From positions 64,001 through 128,000 of the forward strand of contig CAWFFU010000008.1 of NCBI GenBank assembly GCA_963815215.1: DNA of 64,000 nucleotides, in the 5' to 3' direction. Within the stretch, counting starts at the first letter, position 1, and each line of letters begins with the position of its first letter. Below, piece after piece: positions 29,213 through 39,904 of this stretch. Source of the DNA: an uncultured Trueperaceae bacterium. GTDB lineage: Bacteria; Deinococcota; Deinococci; Deinococcales; Trueperaceae. The notes beneath the pieces are model-generated. The model made no database searches. It was not told the DNA's origin and saw only the letters and a program-made list of their open reading frames with translations. The position numbers were made by a program, and so were the translations under genes.

Positions 29213-30226
29213 TCAGCGAAACCGCAGCGGCAACCCCTCGAGACCGGCCAACCGCGCGACGCCGGATCCGTGCATCGCGACGCGCAGCTCGAACACCAGG
29301 CGCCTCAAGACGGCCTCCACCGCCTCCGGCGATTCGGTCGCCGGCGCGAGCAGCGGACGCGCGACCGCCGCCACGCGGGCGCCGAGCGCCAGCGCCTTGG
29401 CGATGTCGACGCCGCTCCGGACGCCGCCCGAAGCGATGAGCGGCATACCGGGCACCGCCTCGCGCACCTCTTCCAGGGCGTCCACAGTGGGGATCCCCCA
29501 CTCCGCCAGGTCCGGGTGGCGCACCTCGCCGTAGCGCGCCAGGTCCTCGACCTTGGCCCAGGAGGTCCCGCCTGCGCCGGCCACGTCGAGCGCCGCGAAG
29601 CCGACGTCGCGAACGGCGTCCGCCACGGCGCCAGACAGCCCGTGGCCGACCTCCTTGAGCAACACCGGGCGACCCACCTCCGGCACCACCTCCGCGAGCC
29701 GTGCGACGAGATCCCGGAAGTCCGCGTCGCCACCGGCCTGCAGCGCTTCCTGCAGGGGGTTTGCGTGCAGCGCCAGGGCGTCGGCGCCGACCAGGTCGAC
29801 CGCCTCGCGGAGCTCCTCGGCGCCATACCCGCGACCGAGCTGCGCCACCCCGAGGTTGCCGATCAGCAGGATGTCGGGGGCGTAGCGGCGCACCTGGAAC
29901 CCCGGGCGCGCCGATGGGTCCTCCAGCATGACGCGCTGCGAGCCGAGCATCAGGCCGAGGCCCAGCCGCTGCGCGGCCGTCGCAAGGTTGCGGTTGATGA
30001 GGCTGGAGAGCGCGGCCCCGCCGGTCATCGCCCCGATCAGGAGCGGCGCGGACAGCTCGCGGCCGAGGAAGGTCGTACGGGTGTCGATCGCCTCCAGGTG
30101 CGTCTCCGGCAGCGCACGGTAAGGCAGGTCGTAGCGTTCGAATCCTGTGGTCCGGGTCGCGTATTCGACCTCCCGCTCCAGGCAGACCTCGATGTGCTTG
30201 AGCTTGCGGCGGGCCAGGTCGGACAC
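29213..30226 (-). CDS. fni: Type 2 isopentenyl-diphosphate delta-isomerase (FMN-dependent)
   Basis: RRKLKH, AMTGG, GSQR, HANPLQE, KEVGHG, GAGGTSW, SGGVR. Confidence 0.95.
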   Translation of the reverse strand: MSDLARRKLKHIEVCLEREVEYATRTTGFERYDLPYRALPETHLEAIDTRTTFLGRELSAPLLIGAMTGGAALSSLINRNLATAAQRLGLGLMLGSQRVMLEDPSARPGFQVRRYAPDILLIGNLGVAQLGRGYGAEELREAVDLVGADALALHANPLQEALQAGGDADFRDLVARLAEVVPEVGRPVLLKEVGHGLSGAVADAVRDVGFAALDVAGAGGTSWAKVEDLARYGEVRHPDLAEWGIPTVDALEEVREAVPGMPLIASGGVRSGVDIAKALALGARVAAVARPLLAPATESPEAVEAVLRRLVFELRVAMHGSGVARLAGLEGLPLRFR

Positions 30227-30360
30227 GGCGCGCCCATTGTACGGCGGCGGAGGTCGCACGGTGGCGGCGGCGTGCCCCGGAGCCCGGCACCGACGCACTC
30301 GGACGAGCGCAAGAGCAACGCTCGCAGCGGGTACAGCCATCGAGCGGGTATAGTCCGGCA

Positions 30361-32148
30361 ATGCGCTCCGTCCGGAATACTGCCCTGGCGCTGTTGGGGC
30401 CCGCACTGCTGTCCCTCGCGGGCTGCGGGCTCTTCCAGACGTCGAATCAGCTCTCAGTCTCGCCCTCCAGCGTGACCCTCGACAGCTCCACGTCCCAGGC
30501 CGTCGTCACGCTCAGCAACACCAGCAACGCCTCGACCTCCTGGACCGCCACGTCGTCGGACACTCACGCGTCCGTGAGCCCGGCCCAGGGCACGCTCGCG
30601 GCCGGGAGCAGCACCTCAATAACGGTCTCGGTCGATAGCAACGGGCTCAGCCAGGGCCAGACGATCACGCCGACGGTCACCTTCGATTCCGGCGTCGGCA
30701 CGGCCACCCTCGACGTGAGCTTCACCATGACAGCCGGCAGCCTGGTCCAGTGCGGGACAGATCCCGTCGACGCTGTCGCTGGGGTCGATCGCAGGCAGCG
30801 CGACGGCGACCTGACGCCGCGCCCGATAGCGCACCCCACGGCGATCGCGCCCGACGGCCGGAGCTACGTCCCCGGCGAGGTGCTGGTGAGCTACAACGCG
30901 GCGGCCGCGCCCCAGAGCGCGGGCGGCGCGGCCGCCACGCTGCGGCAGCTCTCGGCCGACGTGCGCTCGAGCTACGGGCTCCAGCTGGTGCGGGCGGGCG
31001 CGCCGGGCGCGCCCGATCTGGTGCGGGCGAGCGACGCGGTGGCGGCGCTGGCTCGCCTGCGCGCCGACCCGCGCGTGAGCGCGGCGCAGCTCAACTACTA
31101 CCTGAAGCCGATGGCGTTCACGCCCAACGACACCTACTACGGCCAGCAGTGGAACCTGCAGGAGTTCGGCCTGGAGCAGGCCTGGAGCACCGAGACCGGC
31201 GCCAGCCACCGGACCGTCCTCGCGGTGATCGACACCGGCGTGCAGATGAACCACCCCGACCTGCAGGCCAAGATCGTCGGCGGCTGCGACTTCTACTCCG
31301 GCGACAACGACCCCACACCCGGCCCCGGCATCGACCACGGCACGCACGTGGCCGGCATCGCCGCCGCCATCGGCAACAACAACCTGGGCGTGGCGGGCGT
31401 CGCCTTCGGTCCGCAGGTCATGATCGAGCCCATCAAGGTCTTCGACGATGCCGGCGGCGGCGCCACCACCAGCATCCTGATCGACGCCATCCGTTGGGCC
31501 GCCGGCCTGGCGGTGAGCGGCACCGCCACCAACCCCAACCCCGCCGACGTCATCAACATGAGCATCGGCGTCGACGGCGACCAGCCGCTGATCGACCAGG
31601 CCGCCACCGCCGCCTTCAACGCGGGTTCGCTGCTGGTGGCGTCGTCGGGCAACTACGGAACCGGCGCGCCGTTCCCCACCAACCCCGGCGTGCTGAGCCC
31701 CGCCAACGCGCCAGCCGTCATCGCCGTCGGCTCGGTCGACAGCGACCACCACATCTCCGGCTTCTCGGCCTACAGCACCGGCGCCGGTTACGCCACGGGC
31801 GTCGAGGTGATGGCGCCGGGCGGCTTCGAGGTGTCGAGCAGCTACCCCGGCAACGCCTGCCTCTACCACTACTACACCACCACGTCATCGGACTACGGCG
31901 TCCTCAGCACCTACACCGGCAGCAACTACGGTTGCGATGTCGGCACCTCGATGGCGTCACCGTTCGTCGCCGGCGTGGCGGCGCTGCTCAAGAGCCACAC
32001 GCCGAGCCTGACGCCCACGCAGCTGCGTCAGACGCTCGACAACACGGCGCTGTTCGAAGGGGGCATGACGACCGACGAGTACGGCCACGGCATCGTCTGC
32101 GCCGACCTGGCGCTGGACCCGCTCAGCGTCACCCAGTGCGGGCAGTAG
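30361..32148 (+). CDS. S8 subtilisin-like lipoprotein protease with N-terminal BACON/Ig-like domain
   Basis: Lipobox LSLAGC; Ser/Thr-rich beta domain; catalytic VIDTG, HGTHVAG, GTSMASP. TATAGT 6 nt before the ATG. Confidence 0.92.
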   Translation: MRSVRNTALALLGPALLSLAGCGLFQTSNQLSVSPSSVTLDSSTSQAVVTLSNTSNASTSWTATSSDTHASVSPAQGTLAAGSSTSITVSVDSNGLSQGQTITPTVTFDSGVGTATLDVSFTMTAGSLVQCGTDPVDAVAGVDRRQRDGDLTPRPIAHPTAIAPDGRSYVPGEVLVSYNAAAAPQSAGGAAATLRQLSADVRSSYGLQLVRAGAPGAPDLVRASDAVAALARLRADPRVSAAQLNYYLKPMAFTPNDTYYGQQWNLQEFGLEQAWSTETGASHRTVLAVIDTGVQMNHPDLQAKIVGGCDFYSGDNDPTPGPGIDHGTHVAGIAAAIGNNNLGVAGVAFGPQVMIEPIKVFDDAGGGATTSILIDAIRWAAGLAVSGTATNPNPADVINMSIGVDGDQPLIDQAATAAFNAGSLLVASSGNYGTGAPFPTNPGVLSPANAPAVIAVGSVDSDHHISGFSAYSTGAGYATGVEVMAPGGFEVSSSYPGNACLYHYYTTTSSDYGVLSTYTGSNYGCDVGTSMASPFVAGVAALLKSHTPSLTPTQLRQTLDNTALFEGGMTTDEYGHGIVCADLALDPLSVTQCGQ

Positions 32149-32179
32149 CCTGGTGACCGAGGACGGGCGCAGGTAGGAC

Positions 32180-34165
32180 TCAGTTCTTCGCGCCCCACAG
32201 GGTGCTGACTCCACCCTTCTCCACCAGGCCCGCGATGTCGCCCCCCGGCATGGGCGGAGCGAAGAAGAAGCCCTGCGCCCGGTGGCAACCGAGCGCCAGC
32301 AGCCGATCGAACTGGGCACGGGTCTCGACACCCTCGGCCACGATCACCAGGTCGAGGTGACGGGCCAGTCCCAGGATCGCCTCCATCATGGCGAGGCCGA
32401 AGCGCGGCACCTCCTCGGCGGAACCCAGGTCCTGCACCACTTCGCGGGCGATCTTCACGGCGTCGACCGGTAGGTCGCGCAGGTAGGCGAGCGAGGAGAA
32501 GCCCCGGCCGAAGTCGTCGATGGCGATGCCGACCCCCAGACCGCGCAGACCGCGCAGGGTGCCCTGCACGTCCTCGACCGGGCCGCGCACGATGCTCTCG
32601 CCCAGGTCGAGCTCGAGCGCATCGGCCGGCAGGCCGGACTGCTGCAGCGCCTTCACCACCGAGCCGAAGAAGGACGGCTGGGCGAGCTGCAACGCGGAGA
32701 CGTTCACGCTGACGCGCAGGCCCGGCGCCGTCGTGCGCCAGCTCCCGAGCTGACGACAACCCTCTTCCAGGGCCCAGCCGCCGAGCGCGACGATCGCGCC
32801 GCTCTCCTCGGCCAGCGGGAGGAACTCCTTCGGTGACACCATCCCGTAGCGTGGGTGATTCCAGCGCAGCAGCGCCTCGAGTTGTCGCAAGCTGCCGTCG
32901 CGCATGTCGAAGACCGGCTGGAAGGCCAGCGAGATCTGCCCCGCGCGCAACGCGCCTCGCAGGTCGCGCTCGAGCTCGCCCCTTCGCTCCATGCTGGCGT
33001 CGATCTCGGGGGTGTAGTACTTCAGGCCGTTCTTGCCCGAGCGCTTGACGCGATACATGGCGCTGTCGGCGTGGCGCAGGAGGGTGCGGGCATCGTTACC
33101 GTCCTCGGGGAGGAAGGCCACCCCGATGCTCACCGTCAGGCCGAGTTGCGAGCCGTTGAAGCTGAACGAGCTCGACAGCGCCGCGAAGATGCGATTGGCG
33201 ATCTCGACCGCCTCGGAACGGTGACCCAGGCCGCATGCGACCACCACGAACTCGTCGCCCGACATGCGGGCCACCAGATCGCCCTCGCGTATGGCGCTCA
33301 GGAGCCGTTCCGCCACCAGCTTCAAGAGCGCGTCGCCGGCCTCGTGCCCCAGGGTGTCGTTGATCACCTTGAAGCCGTCCAGGTCGAGGAACAGCACAGC
33401 CGCGCGGGCCTCATCGGCGGAATCGATCAGGGCTTCCAGGTCGGTCTCGAGCGCGCGACGGTTGGGCAGTCCCGTCAGCAGGTCCTGACGGGCGAAGCGT
33501 TCGGCGAGCTGTCGCTCTGTGCTGGCCCTGGCATAGGCCTCCTTGAGACCGATCAGCGCGAAGGTCAACGCCAGCTGCACGCTGTTGGCCAGGTTCATCT
33601 CGGTCAGGGCGTAGACCATCCCCCAGTGCGCGCCGCGAAGTGCGGGGTTGAGCCCGTACACCGCCGACATGACGAACACGGCCCCAGTGAACAGCGTCGC
33701 CAGGATGCGGCCGCCGCGACCGTCCGGAAGCAGGAAGGACAAGAGGTACACCGCCGGGATCCAGAAGAAGCTCTCGGTCAACTCCCATCGCGGATCGAGG
33801 CCGGCGGGTAGCGCGAACAGCAGCAGCGCGAGCTTGGCGACGAAGAACGCGCCCGTGCCTGCCACAGCGGTCGTCACCGCCCACCGCAGCGTCGCCGGCC
33901 AGAACAGCACCAGCAGCTCCAGCACCGCCATGCCCGCCGCCATGACGGGATAGCTCACCGTATCGAAGGCAGTCGGCTGCCCTCCCGGACCTTCGAAGAG
34001 CATGCCCAGGACCAGCGCCAGTATCCCGAACGGCATGACCACCAGGAAGACGCGTCGCCATAGCACGAGGAACGCCTCGACCGTGGACCCCGGGCCGACG
34101 GCCCCGACACCCCCGCCCCTGCCCAGCAGCAGGTGCGCCATCGGTAGGTTGCCGGACTCGTTCAT
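32180..34165 (-). CDS. Membrane-anchored GGDEF-EAL protein
   Basis: About 6 N-terminal TMs; DLLTGLPNR, FLDLDGFK.INDTLGH..GD, SGDEF; LEALLRW, DDFGRG, EGVE. Start codon approximate. Confidence 0.88.
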   Translation of the reverse strand: MNESGNLPMAHLLLGRGGGVGAVGPGSTVEAFLVLWRRVFLVVMPFGILALVLGMLFEGPGGQPTAFDTVSYPVMAAGMAVLELLVLFWPATLRWAVTTAVAGTGAFFVAKLALLLFALPAGLDPRWELTESFFWIPAVYLLSFLLPDGRGGRILATLFTGAVFVMSAVYGLNPALRGAHWGMVYALTEMNLANSVQLALTFALIGLKEAYARASTERQLAERFARQDLLTGLPNRRALETDLEALIDSADEARAAVLFLDLDGFKVINDTLGHEAGDALLKLVAERLLSAIREGDLVARMSGDEFVVVACGLGHRSEAVEIANRIFAALSSSFSFNGSQLGLTVSIGVAFLPEDGNDARTLLRHADSAMYRVKRSGKNGLKYYTPEIDASMERRGELERDLRGALRAGQISLAFQPVFDMRDGSLRQLEALLRWNHPRYGMVSPKEFLPLAEESGAIVALGGWALEEGCRQLGSWRTTAPGLRVSVNVSALQLAQPSFFGSVVKALQQSGLPADALELDLGESIVRGPVEDVQGTLRGLRGLGVGIAIDDFGRGFSSLAYLRDLPVDAVKIAREVVQDLGSAEEVPRFGLAMMEAILGLARHLDLVIVAEGVETRAQFDRLLALGCHRAQGFFFAPPMPGGDIAGLVEKGGVSTLWGAKN

Positions 34166-34267
34166 GCAACGAAGGTACGAGAACGGCACTAACTCAAGAC
34201 TTACTCCTCAGTCACGAGGTTCTTACGCGTTCCCCCAGCTGTCCGGCGGGCGCCGCCCCACCGCCGT

Positions 34268-35839
34268 TCAGTGCAGCGCACCGGCGCTGGTGACGACGGC
34301 CATGACCAGCGCCAACCCCATCAACGCCACGCCGAGCGCGCCCGCCGCGCGCCCGATGCGACGGTCGGCCGGCAGCCCCTGCCGGATGAAGCCCCACAGC
34401 AGCCCGCCAACCACCCCGCCGGCATGGCCCCACAACGATACGTTGGGAACGGCCACCGAGAACAACGCGATCAGCACCATCCACTGCACCAGTCCGCGCA
34501 GCAGCATTCGGTCGCTCGGCAGTGGCGAGCGCAGCACGTCCGCCAGCAGCGCGCCGGCGATGCCAAGGATGCCCCCCGACGCGCCCACCAGCACCAGCGC
34601 TTGGTGCGCCTGGGCGAGGCTCGTGAGGTAGGCCCCGGTGGCCGTACCCATCACGAAGGCGGCCAGAAGATTGCCCCAACCGCGTCGGGCCTCGTAGATG
34701 CGCCCCAGATCGACCAGCACCCACACGTTGAAGCCGATGTGCACCAGGTTCGCGTGGAGGAAGGCGTAGGTGAGCAGCCGCCACCAGGCATGCTCGCCGG
34801 GCACGCCCGGGATGTTGAGCAGGAACGCGGCGGTGAAGGAGCTGAGGTGAAGGGTCTGACCACCGACCCGGACGGCGCCGATCAGCCGGTCGACCAGGTT
34901 CTCGGCGGCGTACGCCAGCACCAGCGCCCCCGCCAGCGACAGGGTCGCGACCGGCACGCCCGAGCGCCGGGTCAGCGGCGGCGGATCGCTGCCCAGAGCG
35001 CGTAGCTTCTCGGCGTAACGCTCGGTCAGTCCCTGCGGCGCCGCCTCATAGGCGTGCGTGTACAGGGTCACGGCCACGTCACGCTGGTGGCTTCGCTCCG
35101 CGGCGCGGCCCAGGATGGCGTAGAGCGTCGAGGGATGAACGCCGACGAGTGGCTGTTGCAGGTCCTCCCGCACCTTCTCGAAGGCGCCGTCCTCGGCGTC
35201 GCAGCGGGCCTCGCTGACCACCAGGCTGCGGAAGCCGATGGGACCGCGCGGTCCCGACTCCCAACGGCGGCGCATCTGCCCGACCTCGCTTCGCGCTTGC
35301 CCGACGTGGCCGAGCGCCAGCAATGCCTGGATGCGGGCGGACGTCGCCAGGAAGGCGTTGTCGCCCTCTCGAGGCAGCGCCTCGAGACGCAGGATGGCAT
35401 CCCAGTCCTCTTGGAGCACGTACGCCTGGAGCAGCAACAGGCTGTCGTGGGTCGGCGCCAGCCGCAGCGCGGCGTCGGCGTCACCCCGTTGCAGGGCCGC
35501 CTGCGCCAGCAAACGCCGCACGGCGCCCCGGCCCTCGGTGGTCCAGTACAGCGCATCCACGATGACGCCCGCGGCGCGGTAGCGGCGATTGCGCGCCAGC
35601 GCCACCAGCAGCAACGGTCCGAAAACGTACACCGGCCCGACCACCAGCGCGATGTCACGCAACAGCGTGGACACGTTCAGGTGGGTGAAGCCCGCCGCCG
35701 CCACCATGCCCGCGAGCGCCGTAGCGATCAGCGTCTTGGCCGGGAACTCGCTCCACAGGGGCGCCAACCGCGCCGCCCAGCGAACGGCGTAGACCCCGGC
35801 GATGGCGACTAGCAGCAGGAAGAGGGTGCTCTCGGTCAC
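34268..35839 (-). CDS. Rhomboid-family intramembrane protease with N-terminal TM and TPR-like region
   Basis: WRLLTYAFLH...HIGFN, GASG, GHAGG; helical repeat region in the N-terminal half. TAGGGT 7 nt before the GTG. Confidence 0.85.
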   Translation of the reverse strand: MTESTLFLLLVAIAGVYAVRWAARLAPLWSEFPAKTLIATALAGMVAAAGFTHLNVSTLLRDIALVVGPVYVFGPLLLVALARNRRYRAAGVIVDALYWTTEGRGAVRRLLAQAALQRGDADAALRLAPTHDSLLLLQAYVLQEDWDAILRLEALPREGDNAFLATSARIQALLALGHVGQARSEVGQMRRRWESGPRGPIGFRSLVVSEARCDAEDGAFEKVREDLQQPLVGVHPSTLYAILGRAAERSHQRDVAVTLYTHAYEAAPQGLTERYAEKLRALGSDPPPLTRRSGVPVATLSLAGALVLAYAAENLVDRLIGAVRVGGQTLHLSSFTAAFLLNIPGVPGEHAWWRLLTYAFLHANLVHIGFNVWVLVDLGRIYEARRGWGNLLAAFVMGTATGAYLTSLAQAHQALVLVGASGGILGIAGALLADVLRSPLPSDRMLLRGLVQWMVLIALFSVAVPNVSLWGHAGGVVGGLLWGFIRQGLPADRRIGRAAGALGVALMGLALVMAVVTSAGALH

Positions 35840-36021
35840 GTCGCCTACCCTACCCCGGCGGCCGCGGTTCGCCGGCCTTACGAAGAGGTTCTTGGGAACC
35901 GTCCGCGCCTCCCGGGGGACGGTAGAATCGGAGACGTCATCCGCAGCGGCACGTCCACGCCGCTCCGCTGCGTCCCCCACGACGAAGCCGCGCCAGGCGC
36001 GCGCCCCTTCGGAGGCAAGCC

Positions 36022-36642
36022 TTGCTGGACCTCGCGCTCTCGGCCGTATTCATGGTGATCGGGTACCTGCTCGGTACGATCCCCACGGGCTACCTGGTGG
36101 CCAAGGCGCGGGGTGTGGACATCCAGTCCTCCGGCTCGGGCAACATCGGCGCGACCAACGTGATGCGCACTCTCGGCGTACTCCCGGGCATCGTCGTGGT
36201 GCTCGTCGATCCCCTCAAGGGGGCGGCCGCCGTGCTGCTCCCCACACTGCTCGGTGCCAGCAACTGGGCCATCGCGCTGACGGCACTGGCAACCGTTCTG
36301 GGGAACAACTTCAACATCATGCTGCGCCTACGTGGCGGCAAGGGCATCGCCACCACCGTGGGCGTATTCTTCGTCATCAACCCGCTGGTGTCCGCGCTGT
36401 GCGTGCTGCTCGGGGTCTTCACCATCCTGTTGAGCCGCTACGTCTCGCTCGGTTCGATGGTCGCCCTCTTCGCCGCCCCGTTGATGCTCATCGCCAGCCT
36501 GTCCTACCCCATGCCCGACCTCTACCTTGCGTTCGCCCTCGCCGCGCTGGCCATCGTGCGCCATCGAGACAATATCCGCCGTTTGATCGCCGGCACCGAG
36601 CGCCGCCTCGGCGAGCGCGCGCACGTGAAGCCGAAAGAGTGA
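36022..36642 (+). CDS. plsY: Glycerol-3-phosphate acyltransferase PlsY
   Basis: YLLGTIP, GSGNIGATN.MR, D.LKG, GGKGIAT, RH.DNI.RL..GTE. Confidence 0.96.
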   Translation: MLDLALSAVFMVIGYLLGTIPTGYLVAKARGVDIQSSGSGNIGATNVMRTLGVLPGIVVVLVDPLKGAAAVLLPTLLGASNWAIALTALATVLGNNFNIMLRLRGGKGIATTVGVFFVINPLVSALCVLLGVFTILLSRYVSLGSMVALFAAPLMLIASLSYPMPDLYLAFALAALAIVRHRDNIRRLIAGTERRLGERAHVKPKE

Positions 36643-37319
36643 GCGCGCTCGACCTGCTGGTCATCGGCCCTCACCCGGACGACGCCGAGCTGGGCCTGGG
36701 CGGGACCCTCGCCCGCGCCTCCGACCTCGGGTTTCGAACGGGCGTGCTCGACCTGTCACGCGGCGAGGCCGCCACCAAGGGAACACCGGAGGACCGGGCA
36801 TCCGAGGCGGACGCTGCCGCGCGCGTGCTGGGGCTGTCGGTCCGGCGCAATCTGGGCTGGCCGGACTCCCGGCTGCGCGACGACGAGGAGCGGAGGTTGC
36901 ATCTGGCGCGCGAGTTGCGCGAGCTCCGGCCACGGGTCGTCATGGCTCCGCACGCCAACGACCGCCACCCCGACCACGTGGCCGCTGCGGCCATCGTGCC
37001 GGCCGCGGTGCATCTGGCGGGCCTGCGCAGCAGTCCGCTCCCAGGGGAGCCCTGGAAACCTCAGCGCCTGCTCTCCTACATGGGGAACGGCCCCTTCGAA
37101 GCCACACTCGTCGTCGATACCAGTGACTACATCGACATCTGGGAGGAAGCGGTCCGCTGCTACCGCAGCCAGTTCACCGGTGACGCGGCCTCGGAGACGG
37201 TGACACCCGACATCTTCCGCACGCGTCGGGGGCGTGCCGCCTACTGGGGAACGTTCATCGGAGCGCGTTTCGGCGAGCCGCTGTGGACGCCGAGCCCCGT
37301 GGCCTACTGGCCGTTCTGA
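36639..37319 (+). CDS. bshB1: PIG-L family deacetylase, probably bacillithiol biosynthesis BshB1
   Basis: PHPDDAELG.GGT, LSRGE, RHPDH, Y.SQF; GTGA overlap with plsY. Confidence 0.75.
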   Translation: MSALDLLVIGPHPDDAELGLGGTLARASDLGFRTGVLDLSRGEAATKGTPEDRASEADAAARVLGLSVRRNLGWPDSRLRDDEERRLHLARELRELRPRVVMAPHANDRHPDHVAAAAIVPAAVHLAGLRSSPLPGEPWKPQRLLSYMGNGPFEATLVVDTSDYIDIWEEAVRCYRSQFTGDAASETVTPDIFRTRRGRAAYWGTFIGARFGEPLWTPSPVAYWPF

Positions 37320-37359
37320 GGCGCCGGGGCGGCCGACCGGCGCTACACGGCCCGCCGCT

Positions 37360-38253
37360 TCAGCCGCGCACCGCCGCGGCGTGTCGTGCAGCGCGCTGCT
37401 TGACCGCGTTCACCAGCACGATGCCGACGATGGCCACGGCGCCGCCGGCGATCGTCAGCGGACTGGGGACCTCGCGCAGCACCAGCCAGGAGAAGAACAG
37501 CGCCGATACCGGCACCAGGTAGAGATAGGTGGTCACGACGGTGACGGGTGCTCGCGAGAGGCCGATGGCGAACAGCGAGTAGGCCAGCGCCGACGGGAAG
37601 ATACCGATGTAGGCGACGGCGGCGAGCGACGCAGGACCTGCCGACGCAACGTCGCCGAAGAAGCCCGGCAGGAACAGAAGCATCGGTGCGGTGCCCGCCC
37701 AGGTCGCGAAGGCGGTGACCTCGACCGCCCGGTAGCGCACGAACATACGGCGCTGCGCGATCGCGAAGAACGAGGTCGACACCGCCGAGAGCAGCACGAA
37801 CAGGGCGTACGGGTTGAAGGTGAGCGCGCCTCCGGCGCCGAGGGAGATGAGGGCCACGCCGGTCAGCGCCAGCAGCGAGCCGAACCACGCCCCCGGCGGC
37901 ATCCGCTCGCTCAGGAACAGGTGGGCCAGCACCGCCGTGATCGCCGGCGCGGTCGCGATGATGAGGCTGCTCGCGCCGGCCGGAACGCGCACCTCGCCGA
38001 TCACCAGAGCGGTCTGATAGATGGTGAAGCCGAGCAGGCCCAGCAGCAAGAAAGCAGGCAGGTCGCGCCGGTCCGGGAAGCGCCGCAACCGTCGCAGCCA
38101 CAGCACCGGCACGAAGCACGCCGACGCCACCAGGTGGCGAGCCAGCGTCAGGTGGAACGGGTTGAGCCCGTCCAACCCCACCTTGATCATCGGGAAGGCC
38201 GACCCCCACAGGGAAACCAACACCAGCATGGCGACCACGACCGCGGGCGTCAT
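37360..38253 (-). CDS. DMT/EamA-family transporter
   Basis: 10 TM segments, WGSAF, two EamA repeats. TACAGT 7 nt before the ATG. Confidence 0.9.
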   Translation of the reverse strand: MTPAVVVAMLVLVSLWGSAFPMIKVGLDGLNPFHLTLARHLVASACFVPVLWLRRLRRFPDRRDLPAFLLLGLLGFTIYQTALVIGEVRVPAGASSLIIATAPAITAVLAHLFLSERMPPGAWFGSLLALTGVALISLGAGGALTFNPYALFVLLSAVSTSFFAIAQRRMFVRYRAVEVTAFATWAGTAPMLLFLPGFFGDVASAGPASLAAVAYIGIFPSALAYSLFAIGLSRAPVTVVTTYLYLVPVSALFFSWLVLREVPSPLTIAGGAVAIVGIVLVNAVKQRAARHAAAVRG

Positions 38254-38292
38254 GGCGCGTACTGTATCAAGCGAAACGGGGTTGCGGCACCT

Positions 38293-39285
38293 TCAGGCGG
38301 GGAGAACCACCGGCCGGCCGCAGGCACAGAGCTCGTCCTCGCGGACCATGCGTGCCTGCCCTTCGCGGTACCACAGAGTGTCGCAGTCCGGGCAGCGGAT
38401 CTCCTCGCCCGTGAGCGAGCGGATGACCTCTGGCTCGATCCAGCGCCGCTCGCCGCACCAGTGGCACACTGCCTCCGCGCCGCCGTCCTCACGGATCATG
38501 GCCTCGCGCTCGGCGGGCGTGAAGTAGGCCAGCGCATCGAGCGCCTTGGCATCGCTGCAACGGCAGGCGAAGGCGAGCGGGAACGGCGGATCGGTGAACA
38601 GCTCGAACCCCATCTGCCAGCACAGCTCTTCGTCCAACAGCTGTCGCAACGGCGCCCTCGCCATGCCGCCCGTCAGCGTGCCGAACGCCTTGACGTTGGC
38701 CTCCAGCAGGTCTAGCGCTGCGTCCTCCACGCCTGGCAGGGCCTGTAGCAGTACGCCGCCGGCGTGCTCGACCGCTCCATCGGCGTCGAACGACACCCCC
38801 AGCAACACGGCCGACGCGATCTGCTCGGAGACGGCCAGGAAGGTTGCGATGTCCTCGGCCACCTCCCCGCTGGCCAGCTCCAGGTTGCTGGCGTACGGGT
38901 CGCCGTAGGGAGCGTGGGAGCGGATCACCTCGATGTCGCCCTCGGCACCGACGGCGCCGCCCACGTCGAGCTTGCCGTCGGGGCGCGGCGGCAGCTCGAC
39001 CGACGGGTCGTGCACGTAGCCGCGCACGGTGCCGTCGAGGCCGGCGTCGGCGATGACGCCGCCGAGGGGCCCGTTGCCCCGCAGACGCAGGGTGACGCGG
39101 TCCTGCGGGTTCTTCAGCAACACGTGGGCCAGCAGCAGTGCTCCGCTCAGCGTTCGGCCCAGCGCTGCGCCGGCGGTCTGGGTGGCGCCGTGCCGCTCGA
39201 TCGCTTCACGAACCAGGTCGGTGGTGTCCGCGGCCACGACGCGGATACCGCCGTTCGCCGCCATGCCTCGAAGCAGGAATGCCAT
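38293..39285 (-). CDS. hslO: Hsp33 redox-regulated chaperone with extra C-terminal Cys cluster
   Basis: ALGRTL, GNGPLG, GKLDVG, SGEVAED, SEQI, GG.LLQ.LP, CRC...CHWC, plus CPDC...CAC. Confidence 0.93.
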   Translation of the reverse strand: MAFLLRGMAANGGIRVVAADTTDLVREAIERHGATQTAGAALGRTLSGALLLAHVLLKNPQDRVTLRLRGNGPLGGVIADAGLDGTVRGYVHDPSVELPPRPDGKLDVGGAVGAEGDIEVIRSHAPYGDPYASNLELASGEVAEDIATFLAVSEQIASAVLLGVSFDADGAVEHAGGVLLQALPGVEDAALDLLEANVKAFGTLTGGMARAPLRQLLDEELCWQMGFELFTDPPFPLAFACRCSDAKALDALAYFTPAEREAMIREDGGAEAVCHWCGERRWIEPEVIRSLTGEEIRCPDCDTLWYREGQARMVREDELCACGRPVVLPA

Positions 39286-39397
39286 GATCGTCCTCTCGCG
39301 CCGCCGGCTTCCGGCAGCGCGCCCACGAGTATACGAGCGCGGGCCGCGCGCCCACGTCGGCCGTGGGGCACCCGGCGCCGTGGCTCGGGAGGGTCGC

Positions 39398-39904
<507 letters not shown>

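Noticed and set aside
26481..30290. 1269-aa ORF as a giant fusion protein
   Set aside because: Only the last 581 aa are an acyl-CoA dehydrogenase, with its own RBS and promoter. The upstream part is an off-frame read through the SDR and fni genes.
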